Shown: piece by piece, positions 39,074 through 50,219 of the stretch
Numbering within the stretch: the stretch's first letter is position 1
Layout: each line of letters opens with the position of its first letter
From: an uncultured Chloroflexia bacterium
Lineage (GTDB): Bacteria > Chloroflexota > Limnocylindria > Limnocylindrales > CSP1-4
Length of the DNA: 64,000 nt
Assembly (NCBI GenBank): GCA_963778955.1
Contig: CAVZWI010000001.1
Location: 147,980-211,979, forward strand
Direction: 5' to 3'
Program-made: the position numbers and the translations under genes
Notes under the pieces: generated by a model
Seen by the model: the letters and a program-made list of their open reading frames with translations, nothing else
Told to the model about the DNA's origin: nothing
Database searches by the model: none

Positions 39074-41655
39074 ATGGTGGAGCCCGTGCTTCTGGAACGG
39101 GACGCAGAACTGGATGTCCTGGAAGGGCTCGTCGCCGGCCTCGATCCGAGCGGCGGCAAGGTCGTGCTCATCCGCGGCGAGGCCGGCATCGGCAAGAGTG
39201 CCCTCGTCGCCCGCTTCGCCGAGCTTCGATCCCGCGAGGCGCACGTTCTCATCGGTGCCTGTGACGACCTGTTCATCCCGCAGCCGCTGGGGCCGTTCTG
39301 GGACATCGCTCGCGCGGAAGCGCGGCTGAGAGGACCACTCGAGATCGGTGATCGCCCACATTTGCTCGAGGCCGTGCTGAGCCTCCTGTCACATCCCACG
39401 CGTCCAACCATCCTGGTCATCGAGGACACACACTGGGCCGACGAGGCCACGCTCGACGCCATCCGATACATCGGCCGGACGATCGCCCGGACCAACGGCA
39501 TCCTGCTCCTCACGTACCGCGACGGTGACGTCGACGACGATCACCCACTGCGCGGGGTGATCGGTGACATCCCGGCCGGGGATGTCGTCCGCATCCAGCT
39601 CCACGGTCTCTCGATGGACGCGGTGACGTCGATGGTGGCTGACTCGGGCCTGGATCCGGCCGCGGTCCTGGCTGCCACGCGTGGCAATCCCTTCCTGGTG
39701 ACCGAGATGGCCTCTGGGCCAAGCGACGGTGTCGCTTCCTCACTGGAGGAATCGGTGATGGCGAGGGTGCACAAGCTCTCGGTCGGGGCGCGACAGACGC
39801 TCGATGCCCTCGCCGTCATCCCGGAGGCCATACCGCAGCGCGACGCGTTGTCGCTGGCCGGGGTGGATGAGAGCCGCTTGCGCGAGTGCGAGCAGCGTGG
39901 GCTGCTGGAGTCACGTGCCGGGATGGTGGCGTTCCGCCACGAGCTCATCCGCCAGACGATCGAGTCGGCGATGACCGCCGGCGAGCAGGTGGCCCGGCAC
40001 CGTGCGGTGCTCGATCAACTCTCAGACGAGACCCACTCGAGCCTGCTCATCCACTGCGCCGTCGAGGTCGATGACATCGACCGTCTCCTCGAGCTCGCGC
40101 CACGGTCCGCTCGCTATGCTGCGGCCACTGGTAGTCACATCCAGGCAGTCGAGGACTTCAGAGAGGTAGGACCGTACCTCGACCGCTTCGGCCCGGAGGC
40201 CCTGGGGCCGTTGCTCGACGACTGGGCACGCGAGGAGGACCTCGTGGACGACGCTGCCGAGGCCATCCGCCTCAATGCGCTGGCCCGAGATCGACTACCG
40301 AGCGCTGGGAGACCGCAGCTCGGAGTCGCGCGCCCTCACCAAGGCGGCGCAGTACTACGAGAACCACGGGCAACGCGACCAGGCAGTGGAACTCGCCCGT
40401 GAAGCCCTTGATGTGCTCGGCGCAGACCCTGATGGCTCGGACCTGGCCCGAGCCCTCGAGGCCAACGTGTATCTGCAGATGATGGCCGGCAAGGTCTCTG
40501 CGGTAACCGAGCTGGTCCAGCGGACGATCGATGCCGGTGGAACGAACCTCGACGAAAAGGTACCTCATCCGGATCCTTTGCCACCGTGGGACCATGGCCA
40601 ATGTCACCAGCTACCCTGAGGGACGAGCCAGTCTCGACGAGGCTAGAGCGCGCGCGGAGGCTGCCGGGGAATGGTTCGAGGAGTGTCGCGCGTCGGTCAA
40701 TCACGCCTGGGCAGCCGCGGAGTTCCGGGATTTCCCAGTCGCGTCCGACTACGCGCAGCGCGCCATCGCTTCAGCCGCACGACACGCACTCTTGGGTATC
40801 GAGGCCTACGCCAAGGCGATACATGCGAGGGTCCTGGACTTCGAAGGCAGGTGGGACGACGCCACCGACCTGGCGCGAGATCTATCCGAGGCTGGCGCAA
40901 TGGCCCAGATGGTCGTCCTCCCCATCCTCGGGGTGATCGAGGCAAGAAGAGGCCGAACGTCCGCCCCGACGGTGTTGGCACAGGCCTGGCAGATGGCCTC
41001 TGCCACCCATGAATTCCAGCGGCTGGCCCCAGCGGCCTCGGCGAGCGCCGAACACGCCTGGATCTTGGGGAGTGGCGGTATCACCGTCGCTGAGCTCACG
41101 GGCGTGATGAACGCCGGCCTTGACCAGGGTTTCGAGTGGTCGCCTGGGTCGATCGCCTTCTGGCTCTGGGAACTCGGGGAGTTGTCAGTGCCCCCTGAGG
41201 GCATCGCTGAACCATATCGGCTGACGATCGAGGGCCGGACCGACGAAGCAGCGGCCATCTGGGAAGCACGGGGGCTCCCCTACGAGCGTGCGCTGGCGCT
41301 CATGCACGGTAGTCTGGCCGATCAGCTAGAGGCGCTCGAGGCATTCGAGACGCTCGGCGCGTCCGCGGTGGCGGCCAGGTTCAGGAAGAGGTTGCGGGAG
41401 CAGGGCGTAGCCGTTCCGCGCGGCAAGGGTCGCGAGACGAGGCGACACATCGCCGGGCTGACCGCACGACAGGCAGAGGTCCTGCGACTCCTGGATGAGG
41501 GTCTCTCCAACACCGAGATCGCCGACCGGCTCTTCGTCTCGCTTCGCACGGTCGAGAGCCATGTCTCCGCGGTGCTCGACAAGCTGGATGTCTCCACTCG
41601 GGAGGAAGCCGTGTCCCGGGCGCGCACCGAGGGGCTCCTGGGGGCTGCCAGCTAG
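39074..41655 (+). CDS. LAL-type (large ATP-binding LuxR family) transcriptional regulator, read in three frames
   Basis: Walker A IRGEAGIGKSAL. A TPR-like middle region. C-terminal LuxR HTH LTARQAEVLRLLDEGLSNTEIADRLFVSLRTVESHV. ORFs 39002..40402, 40275..40619 and 40531..41655 form one protein with +1 corrections near 40280-40292 and 40555-40558. Confidence 0.8.
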
Positions 41656-41924
41656 ACCACGACGCCGTTTCGATCGGTCCTCGAGCAAGGCCCCCCGCAA
41701 ATCTCGGTGGTCGAACGTCGATACATCGGTGGCCCTCCCCGATGACCGACGGGGACCGCCTGCGTATGTTCGATGCCTCCCCCGTCGATGGACCAGGAGG
41801 GGCATCTATCGCAGACCGTGGGCGCTCACGGCGTCGAGGCGCTGTTCCGTCACCGGCGCTGCGGAAGCCCGCCTCGTCGCCATCGACCCCGCAGCAGTCC
41901 CGATGGACAGAACAGGAGAGAGCG

Positions 41925-42524
41925 ATGAAGCGAGCCTCAGCAGCAGCCATGACCGCTTTGGCAGTCCTGATGACGGCAGTGCCAGCCGCGGCCGACGTAG
42001 ACACGGGCATCGGGTTCCCGGTGCCCCAGCCGGGAACCGATACCGATCGTGTGCGGAATGGCCTGGAGGAAGTCCGTGCCGCCACAAGCCAGTTCCGCGA
42101 AATCGCCGATGCCATCGATGCCGGGTTCGTGCCTTTCGCCCTTGATGGCGGCGACACCCCGACCTGTTTCGACAGCGACAGCGGAGGCATGGGTGTGCAC
42201 TACGTCAGGAACGTCGATGACATCACGGACCCGCTGGATCCCGAGGCCCTGGTCTATGAGCTGGCAGAAGACGGCCAGACCAGTCTGGTAGCGGTGGAAT
42301 ATGTGGTTCCGCAGGAGTTCGTCGAGGACGAGACCGGCAACGTCGTGGCACTGCCCGAGCTCCACGGTCAGCCGTTCCACAAGCACGCCTCGCTGCCGCT
42401 GTACATCCTCCATGCCTGGATCTGGCAGGAGAACCCCGAGGGCATGTTCGCGGACTTCAATCCCGCGGTGCTTGCCTGCCCGAGCCTGGACGTAGCAGCA
42501 GGGATCGCCGGCCGGTCGCAGTAG
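41925..42524 (+). CDS. secreted hypothetical protein
   Basis: Signal peptide MKRASAAAMTALAVLMTAVPAAA. RBS GGAGAG upstream of ATG 41925. No family recognised. Confidence 0.6.
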   Translation: MKRASAAAMTALAVLMTAVPAAADVDTGIGFPVPQPGTDTDRVRNGLEEVRAATSQFREIADAIDAGFVPFALDGGDTPTCFDSDSGGMGVHYVRNVDDITDPLDPEALVYELAEDGQTSLVAVEYVVPQEFVEDETGNVVALPELHGQPFHKHASLPLYILHAWIWQENPEGMFADFNPAVLACPSLDVAAGIAGRSQ

Positions 42525-42538
42525 TCTGACGCAGAGAT

Positions 42539-42569
42539 GGATGGAGCCGCTCTCTCCGGGCGGCTCCAT
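42539..42569 (+). terminator. 11-bp stem hairpin after the secreted-protein gene
   Basis: GATGGAGCCGC (42539-42549) pairs with GCGGCTCCATC (42559-42569), 15 nt after the stop. Weak U-tract. Confidence 0.5.
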
Positions 42570-42939
42570 CGTCGTGTGGCACACAAGGTGTCAAACAGGC
42601 TGTGTGAGAAGACCTTGACCGGGGTGCCGCGAGAACGGCCAGAACCTCGTCACCTCGGCGATGTGCAACGCTTTTCATGGCAGGGCCACGAGCCGGGCAA
42701 GACCACCTCAGCGGCCCGCGGTCGGTCGTTGCATCGTGACCGCACCCGCGAGGCACTACTATGGACGCTTGGGATTCCGAGGAGATGCCAGCGCGCCTCG
42801 AGCGCGAGCGCCCGGCCTGCACCGCCCCGATCCGAGACGAGTGCAGGCGCAGGGCCCCCGCAGCCATGAACGCGCGCTGGACCCGAGCCGCTGAAGGGTC
42901 GGCGTCGCGCAGGCGAGCCTGCCTCACGAGGGGCCACGG

Positions 42940-43846
42940 ATGAGCGACGACCAAATCCACAGCTCCGCTCAGCGGGACCGCCGCTCGCTCGCCCTCGTCT
43001 TCGGTATCGGCGTGGTCGTCCTGCTCGTGGAGTTGGTCGGCGGATTGGCGGCCGACAGCCTGGCACTCCTGGCCGACGCCGGCCATGTGTTCACGGACGT
43101 GGCGGGAATCGCCCTCGCCCTCGGAGCCATCTGGCTGGCGGGACGACCAGCCTCCCATGCGCGCACCTTCGGCTGGTACCGGGCCGAGATCCTGGCCGCC
43201 GCCATCAACGCCGTCATCCTGCTGGCGATCGCGGCCTTCATCCTGTGGCAGGCATGGCAACGCTGGAATGAGCCGCCCGAGGTCGCCGGCGGTCTCATGC
43301 TCGCGGTGGCGGTCGTGGGCGGTGTGGCCAATCTCATCGCCATGCTGCTCCTGCGTGGCCCACAGGGCCGCAGCCTCAACATGCGGGGCGCCTACCTTGA
43401 GGTCCTCGGCGACCTGCTGGGCTCCGTGGCGGTCGTGGTGGCCGCGATCGTCATCACCCTCACCGGATTCACGCAGGCTGACGCCATCGCCTCGGCGGTC
43501 ATCGGGCTGATCGATCCTGCCGCGCACCTGGGGGCTCCTGCGCGACGCGGTCGATGTCCTGCTGGAAGCCACCCCCAAGGACGTGGATGTCGAAGAGGTG
43601 CGTCGCCACATCCTCGAGGCACCTGGCGTGGAGGACGTTCATGACCTCCACGCCTGGACGATCACCAGCGGCATGAACATCGTCTCCGCGCACGTCGTGC
43701 TGGGCCCTGATGGCGACCCCGGTGGCCTGCTCGACCATCTCAGCGATTGCCTATCGGGGGACTTCGACATCGACCACTCCACCTTCCAGTTGGAGACCCC
43801 CGAACACGTGCTCTGGGAGGGTCGAGCCGACCGCATACGGCTATGA
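42940..43846 (+). CDS. cation diffusion facilitator (CzcD/ZitB-type) metal exporter, one extra nt at 43509-43516
   Basis: LLADAGHVFTDVAG, FGWYRAEIL and the C-terminal domain DVHDLHAWTITSG...HSTFQLE. ORFs 42940..43644 and 43583..43846 join as ...VIGLI-ILPRTWGLLRDAVDVLLEATP. Confidence 0.85.
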
Positions 43847-43869
43847 CCAGCCTGGGGGGCACATCACGG

Positions 43870-44614
43870 TCACATGGCCGTCATGGAGCCTCGGGTGCGG
43901 GACCGAAGACCATCGATCTCCGATGCCCCGGTGTTGCCGCCGCTCGAATGGTCGACGTCGAAGCGCAGGACCTGGGCGGTGATCGCGAGCAGAACCTCCT
44001 CCGAGGCGGGGAAAGGACCATGGGTCGTCGCGTCGGCCGTGACCGTGAACGTCTGCGTGATGGCACTTCCGTCGCTCATCGAACGCGTCCCGAAGACGAC
44101 CGAACCGATGTCCACCGGACGGCCCAGATCGATCGTGATGTAGGCCTCGTCGCCATCCCCCAGGGATGACCACTCGGTGGTGGGGTCTCCGTCGAATGCG
44201 TTGGAGGCCGCGAAGGCTGCCGAGAACTCCGAGCTCACCTCGACGATCCGCGCGCCGAGGGCGAGGTCGACCGGGGTGTCGCCGGATGGCAGGGGTGTCG
44301 TGAAGGAGAGCAGCTCGCTGCGGTAGAGACGACCGTCGATGCCACTGCCCTGGAGCCGGAAGAGATACGTGGCGGCCGGCTCGAGCCCACCAGGACACGT
44401 GGTGGTGCGGTGCGCGGCACCGCCCATTGGTGGTGGCCAGTCGGCCGAACGTCTCGTCCGGCCCGAAGACGACAGCGCAGGCGGCATCGATGATGGTGGT
44501 CACGTTGATGGTCACCACGGTCCCGGATGGGTCCAGATCGACGGCCAATGGGGACGCCAGGATGGCATCGAGATCTTCGGACCGCGTCCATGTCCTCGAC
44601 TGCCCCTGGGCCAA
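43870..44614 (-). CDS. discoidin (F5/8 type C) domain protein, disrupted, N-terminus unresolved
   Basis: ARIVEVSSEFSAAFAASNAFDGDPTTEWSSLGDGDEAYITIDLGRPVDIG. The upstream FN3/PhoD-N-like part (GLEPAATYLFRLQG) and an earlier segment lie in other frames (ORFs 43841..44614 and 44235..44732). Confidence 0.55.
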
Positions 44615-44767
44615 CGGCGACGACCCAATCGGTCAAAACGGTAGACTGGTCGCTGGCGACGGCATGCTCTCGTCGGCCCTGCAACCGCCTCTCACGACGT
44701 TCGATGCCGATCCAAGGCCGTGGAAGGAGCATGAGATGCTCGAGTTGATCGCGACGGTCGACGAAGG

Positions 44768-45712
44768 ATGAGCGTCACGTCAGCGACGCCGCGAGTCAGA
44801 GATGAGCCCCCGTCCGCTGACCGGGACATCGTCATCCGGACCCAGGGTCTGGTCAAGCACTATGGGTCATTCGAGGCGGTGCGCGGCATCGATCTCGAGG
44901 TCAGCCGCGGCGAGGTGTTCGGCTTCGTCGGTCCCAACGGTGCCGGCAAGAGCACGACGATCCGCTGCCTGCTCGACCTGCTTCGACCGACCGCGGGAAC
45001 GGTCGAGGTGCTTGGCCGCGACCCGCGGCGCGACGGCGTTGCGGTGCGAGCCCGGATCGGCTACGTTCCCGGCGAGCTCCGGCTGCCCGAGCGTGTGACC
45101 GCGCGGCAGCTCGTGGTATCGATCGCACGACTCCGTGGTGGCCTTGACCCGGTGCGCATGGCGAGCATCGCAGAGCGCCTCGAGATCGACCTGGACCGCC
45201 CCACGCGCGACCTCTCGAGCGGCAACCGTCGCAAGGTGGCATTGCTGATCGCCTTCGCTCCGCGACCCGATCTGCTGATCCTCGACGAGCCCACCAGCGG
45301 CCTCGATCCGCTCATGCAGCATGAGTTCCTGTCCATGGTGCGCGAGGCACGAGACGATGGAGCCGGCGTGTTCCTGTCCTCGCACGATCTCGGCGAGATC
45401 CAGCGCGCGGCTGATCGCGTCTCCGTCCTGCGGGCCGGCTTGGTCGTGGCCGAAGGCACGGTCGACCAGTTGCGGGGGCGCGCTCGTCAGCAGATCGAGG
45501 TCTGGTTCGCGGACGAGGTTCCCGAGGACGAATTGCGTGCGGTCGTCGAGCTGGTCGACCCCACCATCGAGGGCCTTCGGTTCGCAGCGACCATCTCGGG
45601 TCCCGTCGATCCGGTGCTGGCAGTCCTGGCGCGACACCGCGTGGCCAGTCTGGTCGTCCGTGAGCCTGACCTGGACGAGGCCTTCCTGGACCTGTACGCG
45701 GAGGCATCGTGA
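44768..45712 (+). CDS. ABC transporter ATP-binding protein (ABC-2 exporter type)
   Basis: GPNGAGKST, LSSGNRRKV and LLILDEPTSGLD. Confidence 0.9.
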   Translation: MSVTSATPRVRDEPPSADRDIVIRTQGLVKHYGSFEAVRGIDLEVSRGEVFGFVGPNGAGKSTTIRCLLDLLRPTAGTVEVLGRDPRRDGVAVRARIGYVPGELRLPERVTARQLVVSIARLRGGLDPVRMASIAERLEIDLDRPTRDLSSGNRRKVALLIAFAPRPDLLILDEPTSGLDPLMQHEFLSMVREARDDGAGVFLSSHDLGEIQRAADRVSVLRAGLVVAEGTVDQLRGRARQQIEVWFADEVPEDELRAVVELVDPTIEGLRFAATISGPVDPVLAVLARHRVASLVVREPDLDEAFLDLYAEAS

Positions 45713-46515
45713 GCCGCTTCAGTATCGAGCTGATCACCGGTCCGCTTCGCCAGATGCGTCGCTCGAGCATCGGCTGGGGCATCGGACTCAGTGCTCTCGT
45801 CGTTGTGACGGTCGCATTCTGGCCCGCCTTCAAGGGATCATCCGGGATCTCAGCAGCCATCGACCAGTTGCCGTCGGGGATCGTCGACGCGTTCGGCCTG
45901 GCCGGTTTCGGGACGCCGGCCGGCTTCCTGCGCGGCAATCTCTATGACTTCGTCGTGCCTCTGCTACTGGTCATCGCGGCCGTCGCGGTCGCCAACGGGT
46001 TGACATCGTCCGAGGAAGACTCCGGGCGGATGGAGATATACCTGAGTCAGCCGGTGTCACGCCGCTCGCTCTTCACGGGTCGGGCGATGGCATTGTCGAT
46101 CTGGCTGGTGGCGATGACCGTGCTGATCATGGTCGTCCAGTTCGTCAGCGACATCGCCGTCGGTCTTGACATCGACCCGGCCCGGGTCGTCGCGACCGTC
46201 ACCCTGTGCGGATTGCTGGCGTTCCTGTATGGGTCGCTAGCCTTGGCCATCGCCGGCTTCTACCCTCGACCATCGGCCGTCCTCTCGGTGGCCGTCGCGG
46301 CCGCCGTGGCGGGATACCTCATCTCCGCCCTGCTGCCCCTGAGTGATGTGCTCGAACCATTGAGCGCCATCTCGCCCTGGAAGTGGGCCTTCGGCGGCGA
46401 TCCGCTCGTCAACGCCACCGAACCGTGGCGCTACGTCCTCCTCGCCGTACCGGCCGTCGCGTTGGCCGTGGTCGGTATCGCGGCGTTCATGCGTCGCGAC
46501 ATCCGAGCCGCCTGA
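45709..46515 (+). CDS. ABC-2 type transporter permease
   Basis: 268-aa polytopic ORF with a 4-nt overlap with the ATPase gene. Confidence 0.8.
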   Translation: MSRFSIELITGPLRQMRRSSIGWGIGLSALVVVTVAFWPAFKGSSGISAAIDQLPSGIVDAFGLAGFGTPAGFLRGNLYDFVVPLLLVIAAVAVANGLTSSEEDSGRMEIYLSQPVSRRSLFTGRAMALSIWLVAMTVLIMVVQFVSDIAVGLDIDPARVVATVTLCGLLAFLYGSLALAIAGFYPRPSAVLSVAVAAAVAGYLISALLPLSDVLEPLSAISPWKWAFGGDPLVNATEPWRYVLLAVPAVALAVVGIAAFMRRDIRAA

Positions 46516-46539
46516 CGCGGGGACGGCCACCGCGTTGGA

Positions 46540-47877
46540 TCAAGCTCGCGCCAGACTGGGCAGCTTTCCGTGGGACAGCGAATCGACGCTCACCGCGGCC
46601 AACAAGACCAGACCGGTGACGATCAGCTGGTACTGGATGGGAAGCCCCAGCAGGTACAGGCCGTTGTAGATGGTGCCGATCACCAGCCCGCCGAGGAGCC
46701 CGTGGATGATCCGGCCATGGCCACCGAACAGGCTGGTGCCTCCGATGACGGCCGCGGCGACCGCGTAGAGGACGAGCTGGCCACCATTGATGTTCGTTGT
46801 CATCCCGCCCAGCCACGAGGTGTAGATGATGCCGGCCATCCCGGCGGTCATGCCACATAGGACGAACGCGATGGTGCGGACCCGGGGCACGTTGATGCCG
46901 GCCCGCCGAGCCGCCTCCTTGTTGCCGCCGGTCGCGTACATGTGGCGTCCATACTGCATCCGCTCGAGGAGCACGGTCCAGATCACCACGATGAGCAGGA
47001 CGATGGGGATGACGTAGGGAACACCGATGACCGGCAGGAACCTCCCGCGATCGATGTTGCAGATCGCCACGACGACGATCCCGGCGACCGCCACCATGGC
47101 GATCTTCGCGAACGTGAGGGCGGGCGGTGGAGCGACCAGCCCGCTACGTCGCCGGCTCCGGTCACGCCGGACCGTGATGAGCCCGAAGAGGATGACGACC
47201 ACCGCGAGGCCGATCCATGAGACCAGCGGGTCGATGTAGCCATACACGATGTTGTAGAGGGCTTGCTCATTGGCCCCGTTGCCAGTGATGCTCACGCCGC
47301 CGGCCGTCCCAAGGATGACGATCATGACGCCGAACAAGATGAGATAGCCGGCCAGGGTGACGACGAACGCGGGCATCCCGAGTCGGGTGATGATGGTTCC
47401 CTGCACACCACCGATCGCGGCACCGACGAGCAACCCGGCGGCGATGGCGATCCACCACGCCAGGTTCGGGCTCGGCTGGACCAGCTGAGCCGCGACGATG
47501 CCACCGATCGCGGCCGTGTAGCCGATGGACAGGTCGATCTCGCCCAGCAAGAGGACGAAGGCCTCACCGATCCCGAGCACGATGAACACGGCGCTCTGAT
47601 CGAACAGGTTCACCAGGTTGGCCGGCGTGAGGAAGACATGGTTCGGGCTGATGACGGTGAAGACCACCACGGCGGTGACGAGTGCCACGAGCACCGGCAG
47701 AACGCCGGCATCCCCGCCTCGGACCCTCGTCGTCCACGCCCGGAAGTACTGGGCCACGGTCTGGGAGGCGACCGGTGGCGTGACGCTGTCGACAGCGGCG
47801 GTCGGGTCGCCGCTGGGCTGCTGATCGCCGGCCGCGGGACCGGGGCCGCTCATTCGTCCGCGCTCGCCCTCAGACAT
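46540..47877 (-). CDS. sugar ABC transporter permease (CUT2/monosaccharide type)
   Basis: Polytopic membrane protein with GEIDLSIGY and GGNKEAARRAGINV motifs. ATG 47877 overlaps the ATPase stop (ATGTCTGA). Confidence 0.88.
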   Translation of the reverse strand: MSEGERGRMSGPGPAAGDQQPSGDPTAAVDSVTPPVASQTVAQYFRAWTTRVRGGDAGVLPVLVALVTAVVVFTVISPNHVFLTPANLVNLFDQSAVFIVLGIGEAFVLLLGEIDLSIGYTAAIGGIVAAQLVQPSPNLAWWIAIAAGLLVGAAIGGVQGTIITRLGMPAFVVTLAGYLILFGVMIVILGTAGGVSITGNGANEQALYNIVYGYIDPLVSWIGLAVVVILFGLITVRRDRSRRRSGLVAPPPALTFAKIAMVAVAGIVVVAICNIDRGRFLPVIGVPYVIPIVLLIVVIWTVLLERMQYGRHMYATGGNKEAARRAGINVPRVRTIAFVLCGMTAGMAGIIYTSWLGGMTTNINGGQLVLYAVAAAVIGGTSLFGGHGRIIHGLLGGLVIGTIYNGLYLLGLPIQYQLIVTGLVLLAAVSVDSLSHGKLPSLARA

Positions 47878-48787
47878 CGATCCGCTCCTCGTGTGTGTCA
47901 GCGCCGGACCCATCCACTTCGCGGTCCGATGCACCGGTCGTCATGTAGTCCACGACGCTCTGTCGATCGAAGGCGGAGATCCGATCCTGGGCGACCATCT
48001 GGCCGAGGTGGAGCACGGCGATCCGGTCGGCCACCTCGAACACGTCGTTGAGGTTGTGGGAGATGACCATGACGGCCAGGCCATGATCCTTGAGCTGCCT
48101 GACCAGGTCGAGGACCATCCGCGTCTGGGCCACACCGAGGGCGGCGGTAGGCTCATCGAGCATGACCAGCTTGGAGTTCCACATGACCGCCTTCGCGACC
48201 GCAACCGCCTGGCGCTGGCCGCCCGATAGCGTGGCGACGGTCTGCCGGATCGACCGCACCGTGGTCACGCGGAGGCCGGCCAGCGTCTTGGCAGCGGCCC
48301 GTTCCATGCCGTCCTCGTCGAGCAGAGCGTGGGAGAGTCGCTCGCGGCCAAGGAACATGTTCTGGACGATATCGAGGTTGTCTGCCAGGGCGAGGTCCTG
48401 ATAGACGGTCTCGATCCCGAGTGTCGAGGCGTCGTTCGGGGTACGGATCCGGACGGGCCGACCCTGCCACAGCATCTCACCGTGATCGGGTAGGTAGATG
48501 CCGGCGATGCACTTGGTCAGCACCGACTTGCCGGCGCCGTTGTCCCCGCAAAGGGCGGTCACCTGCGCACTGGGAAGATCGAGGTCCACGCGATCGAGCG
48601 CCTGGACGGCCCCGAAGGACTTGCTGATCCCCCGTAGCCGCAGCAGGGGCTCGACGCCATCCGGCGACTCACTGGTGGCCGTAGTGACGGCCGTTGTGGC
48701 GGTCGAGGAACCGTCGCTGGGTGTGTACTGCGCCGTCATCGCATCCATCTGCGTCTCCCTCAAGACAGTCGTTGTCTTCGCTTCCAT
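47870..48787 (-). CDS. sugar ABC transporter ATP-binding protein (single NBD)
   Basis: GDNGAGKSV, LSGGQRQAVAVA and LVMLDEPTAALG. The exact start is uncertain. Confidence 0.9.
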   Translation of the reverse strand: MEAKTTTVLRETQMDAMTAQYTPSDGSSTATTAVTTATSESPDGVEPLLRLRGISKSFGAVQALDRVDLDLPSAQVTALCGDNGAGKSVLTKCIAGIYLPDHGEMLWQGRPVRIRTPNDASTLGIETVYQDLALADNLDIVQNMFLGRERLSHALLDEDGMERAAAKTLAGLRVTTVRSIRQTVATLSGGQRQAVAVAKAVMWNSKLVMLDEPTAALGVAQTRMVLDLVRQLKDHGLAVMVISHNLNDVFEVADRIAVLHLGQMVAQDRISAFDRQSVVDYMTTGASDREVDGSGADTHEERIDV

Positions 48788-48927
48788 CCTGCGAAGCGAA
48801 CATGTCGGGCCCTGGACCGGGCCGCCGCGGCCGACGGAGTCGCACCTGCTTCAGACCGGTGCGACTCCGTGCGGTCTGTTTCCACCGGCTCAGCTACCGC
48901 TTTGGGCGTTGGCCGAGCCGTGCTGGT

Positions 48928-50181
48928 CTACTTGATCCCGGCGGCCTTGCAGACCTTTTCCGTGACGGCACTGCACAGGTCTGACTTGGAGATGAACTTG
49001 TCCTTGATGACCGTCTCAGCCATGTTCTTCTCGGTGACCCAGGTAGGAGTCAGGAGCGTGGCCGGCTGTGTCATCGTCGAGTCTGTTGGATCCGTGGTCG
49101 TCCCGTTGACGAGCTCAGCGGGCGGAACCTGTCCTGCGCGCAGGTAGCTCGCCAGGGCGACCGCAGCCTGTGCCTCGATGTAGATCGGCTTGTAGACCGA
49201 GCCGCACTGCCACCCCTGGAGGACGTACTCCATGCCCTGGATGGTCGCGTCCTGACCCGTGGTGGGGACCTTCTTGGCTGGCACGCCCGCGGCCTTGAGG
49301 ACGCTGATGACGGCGCTGGCCAGGCCATCGTTGGCCTCGACTGTGGCGTTGATGTTCGGATTGGCCGTGTAGGCCTGCTGGAAGATGGTGCCGCCTTGGG
49401 CATTGTCCCAACCTGGGGCGATCTGCTCACCCACCAGGGTCATGCCGTTGTTGGTGGCGCCGGGCGTGACCTGGGCCACCTGCTGGCCCCAGATCGCATC
49501 GTTGTAGCCCTTGGCGAAATCGATCGCGTTGGGGTCGGTGTCCTGCCCGCCGTCGAGCACGAACACCTGCGGGTCGGTGACGCCCCAGTCGGCCACGCAT
49601 TGGACGAATCCCTTGCCGATCAGTTCGCCGACCTGGACGTTGTCAAAGCTCACGTAGTAGGTGTCGGTGCCTTGGAACGTAGCCCGGTCGTAGCTGATCA
49701 TGGGGATTCCGGCGGCCGCGGCCGCGGCCTGGACGGCATTCCCGGTGTTGCTGTCGAGTGGGTCGACGACCAGGACCTTGGCGCCGGCGGCGATATCCGC
49801 TTGGGCCAGTGCCAGTTGCGAGGTCGCGGTACCCGCAGCGTTATCGATCTTGAAGTCGGACTCGCTGTAGCCGGCAGCTTTGAAGGCCTTCTTGAGATAC
49901 GGCAGGTCATAGCTCGTGTAGCGGGCCGATGTGGTCGTGTCAGGAAGGATCACGCCTACCAGACCGCTGCCGGCCGAGACCACTGGCTTAAGCTGCTTCA
50001 TGGCATCGAACGAGGCATCGAACGAGGACACGCTGAGCGAGGCGCCGGCGGCAGCTGATGGAGCCACCGAGGGCGCCGGCGACGCACTCGGGGACGCCGC
50101 CGCGGCGGCGGCGCCGCTGCTCGCGGCGGCCACCAACGCGAACACCACTGGACCCGTGACCGCAATGGTTCTCGATCTCAT
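48928..50181 (-). CDS. sugar ABC transporter substrate-binding protein
   Basis: Signal peptide followed by an Ala/Ser-rich linker. Periplasmic-binding-protein type I pattern (VGVILPDTTTSARY..., VLVVDPLDS). Confidence 0.88.
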   Translation of the reverse strand: MRSRTIAVTGPVVFALVAAASSGAAAAAASPSASPAPSVAPSAAAGASLSVSSFDASFDAMKQLKPVVSAGSGLVGVILPDTTTSARYTSYDLPYLKKAFKAAGYSESDFKIDNAAGTATSQLALAQADIAAGAKVLVVDPLDSNTGNAVQAAAAAAGIPMISYDRATFQGTDTYYVSFDNVQVGELIGKGFVQCVADWGVTDPQVFVLDGGQDTDPNAIDFAKGYNDAIWGQQVAQVTPGATNNGMTLVGEQIAPGWDNAQGGTIFQQAYTANPNINATVEANDGLASAVISVLKAAGVPAKKVPTTGQDATIQGMEYVLQGWQCGSVYKPIYIEAQAAVALASYLRAGQVPPAELVNGTTTDPTDSTMTQPATLLTPTWVTEKNMAETVIKDKFISKSDLCSAVTEKVCKAAGIK

Positions 50182-50219
50182 CGATCACACTCCTTCTTGG
50201 GATACCGCCGCCCATGTGC

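Noticed and set aside
38446-45000. Integrated mobile element or genomic island at the tRNA
   Set aside because: I found no integrase, transposase, phage or conjugation genes, and no direct repeat of the tRNA 3' end in the window. Only decay signatures remain, and these are reported separately.
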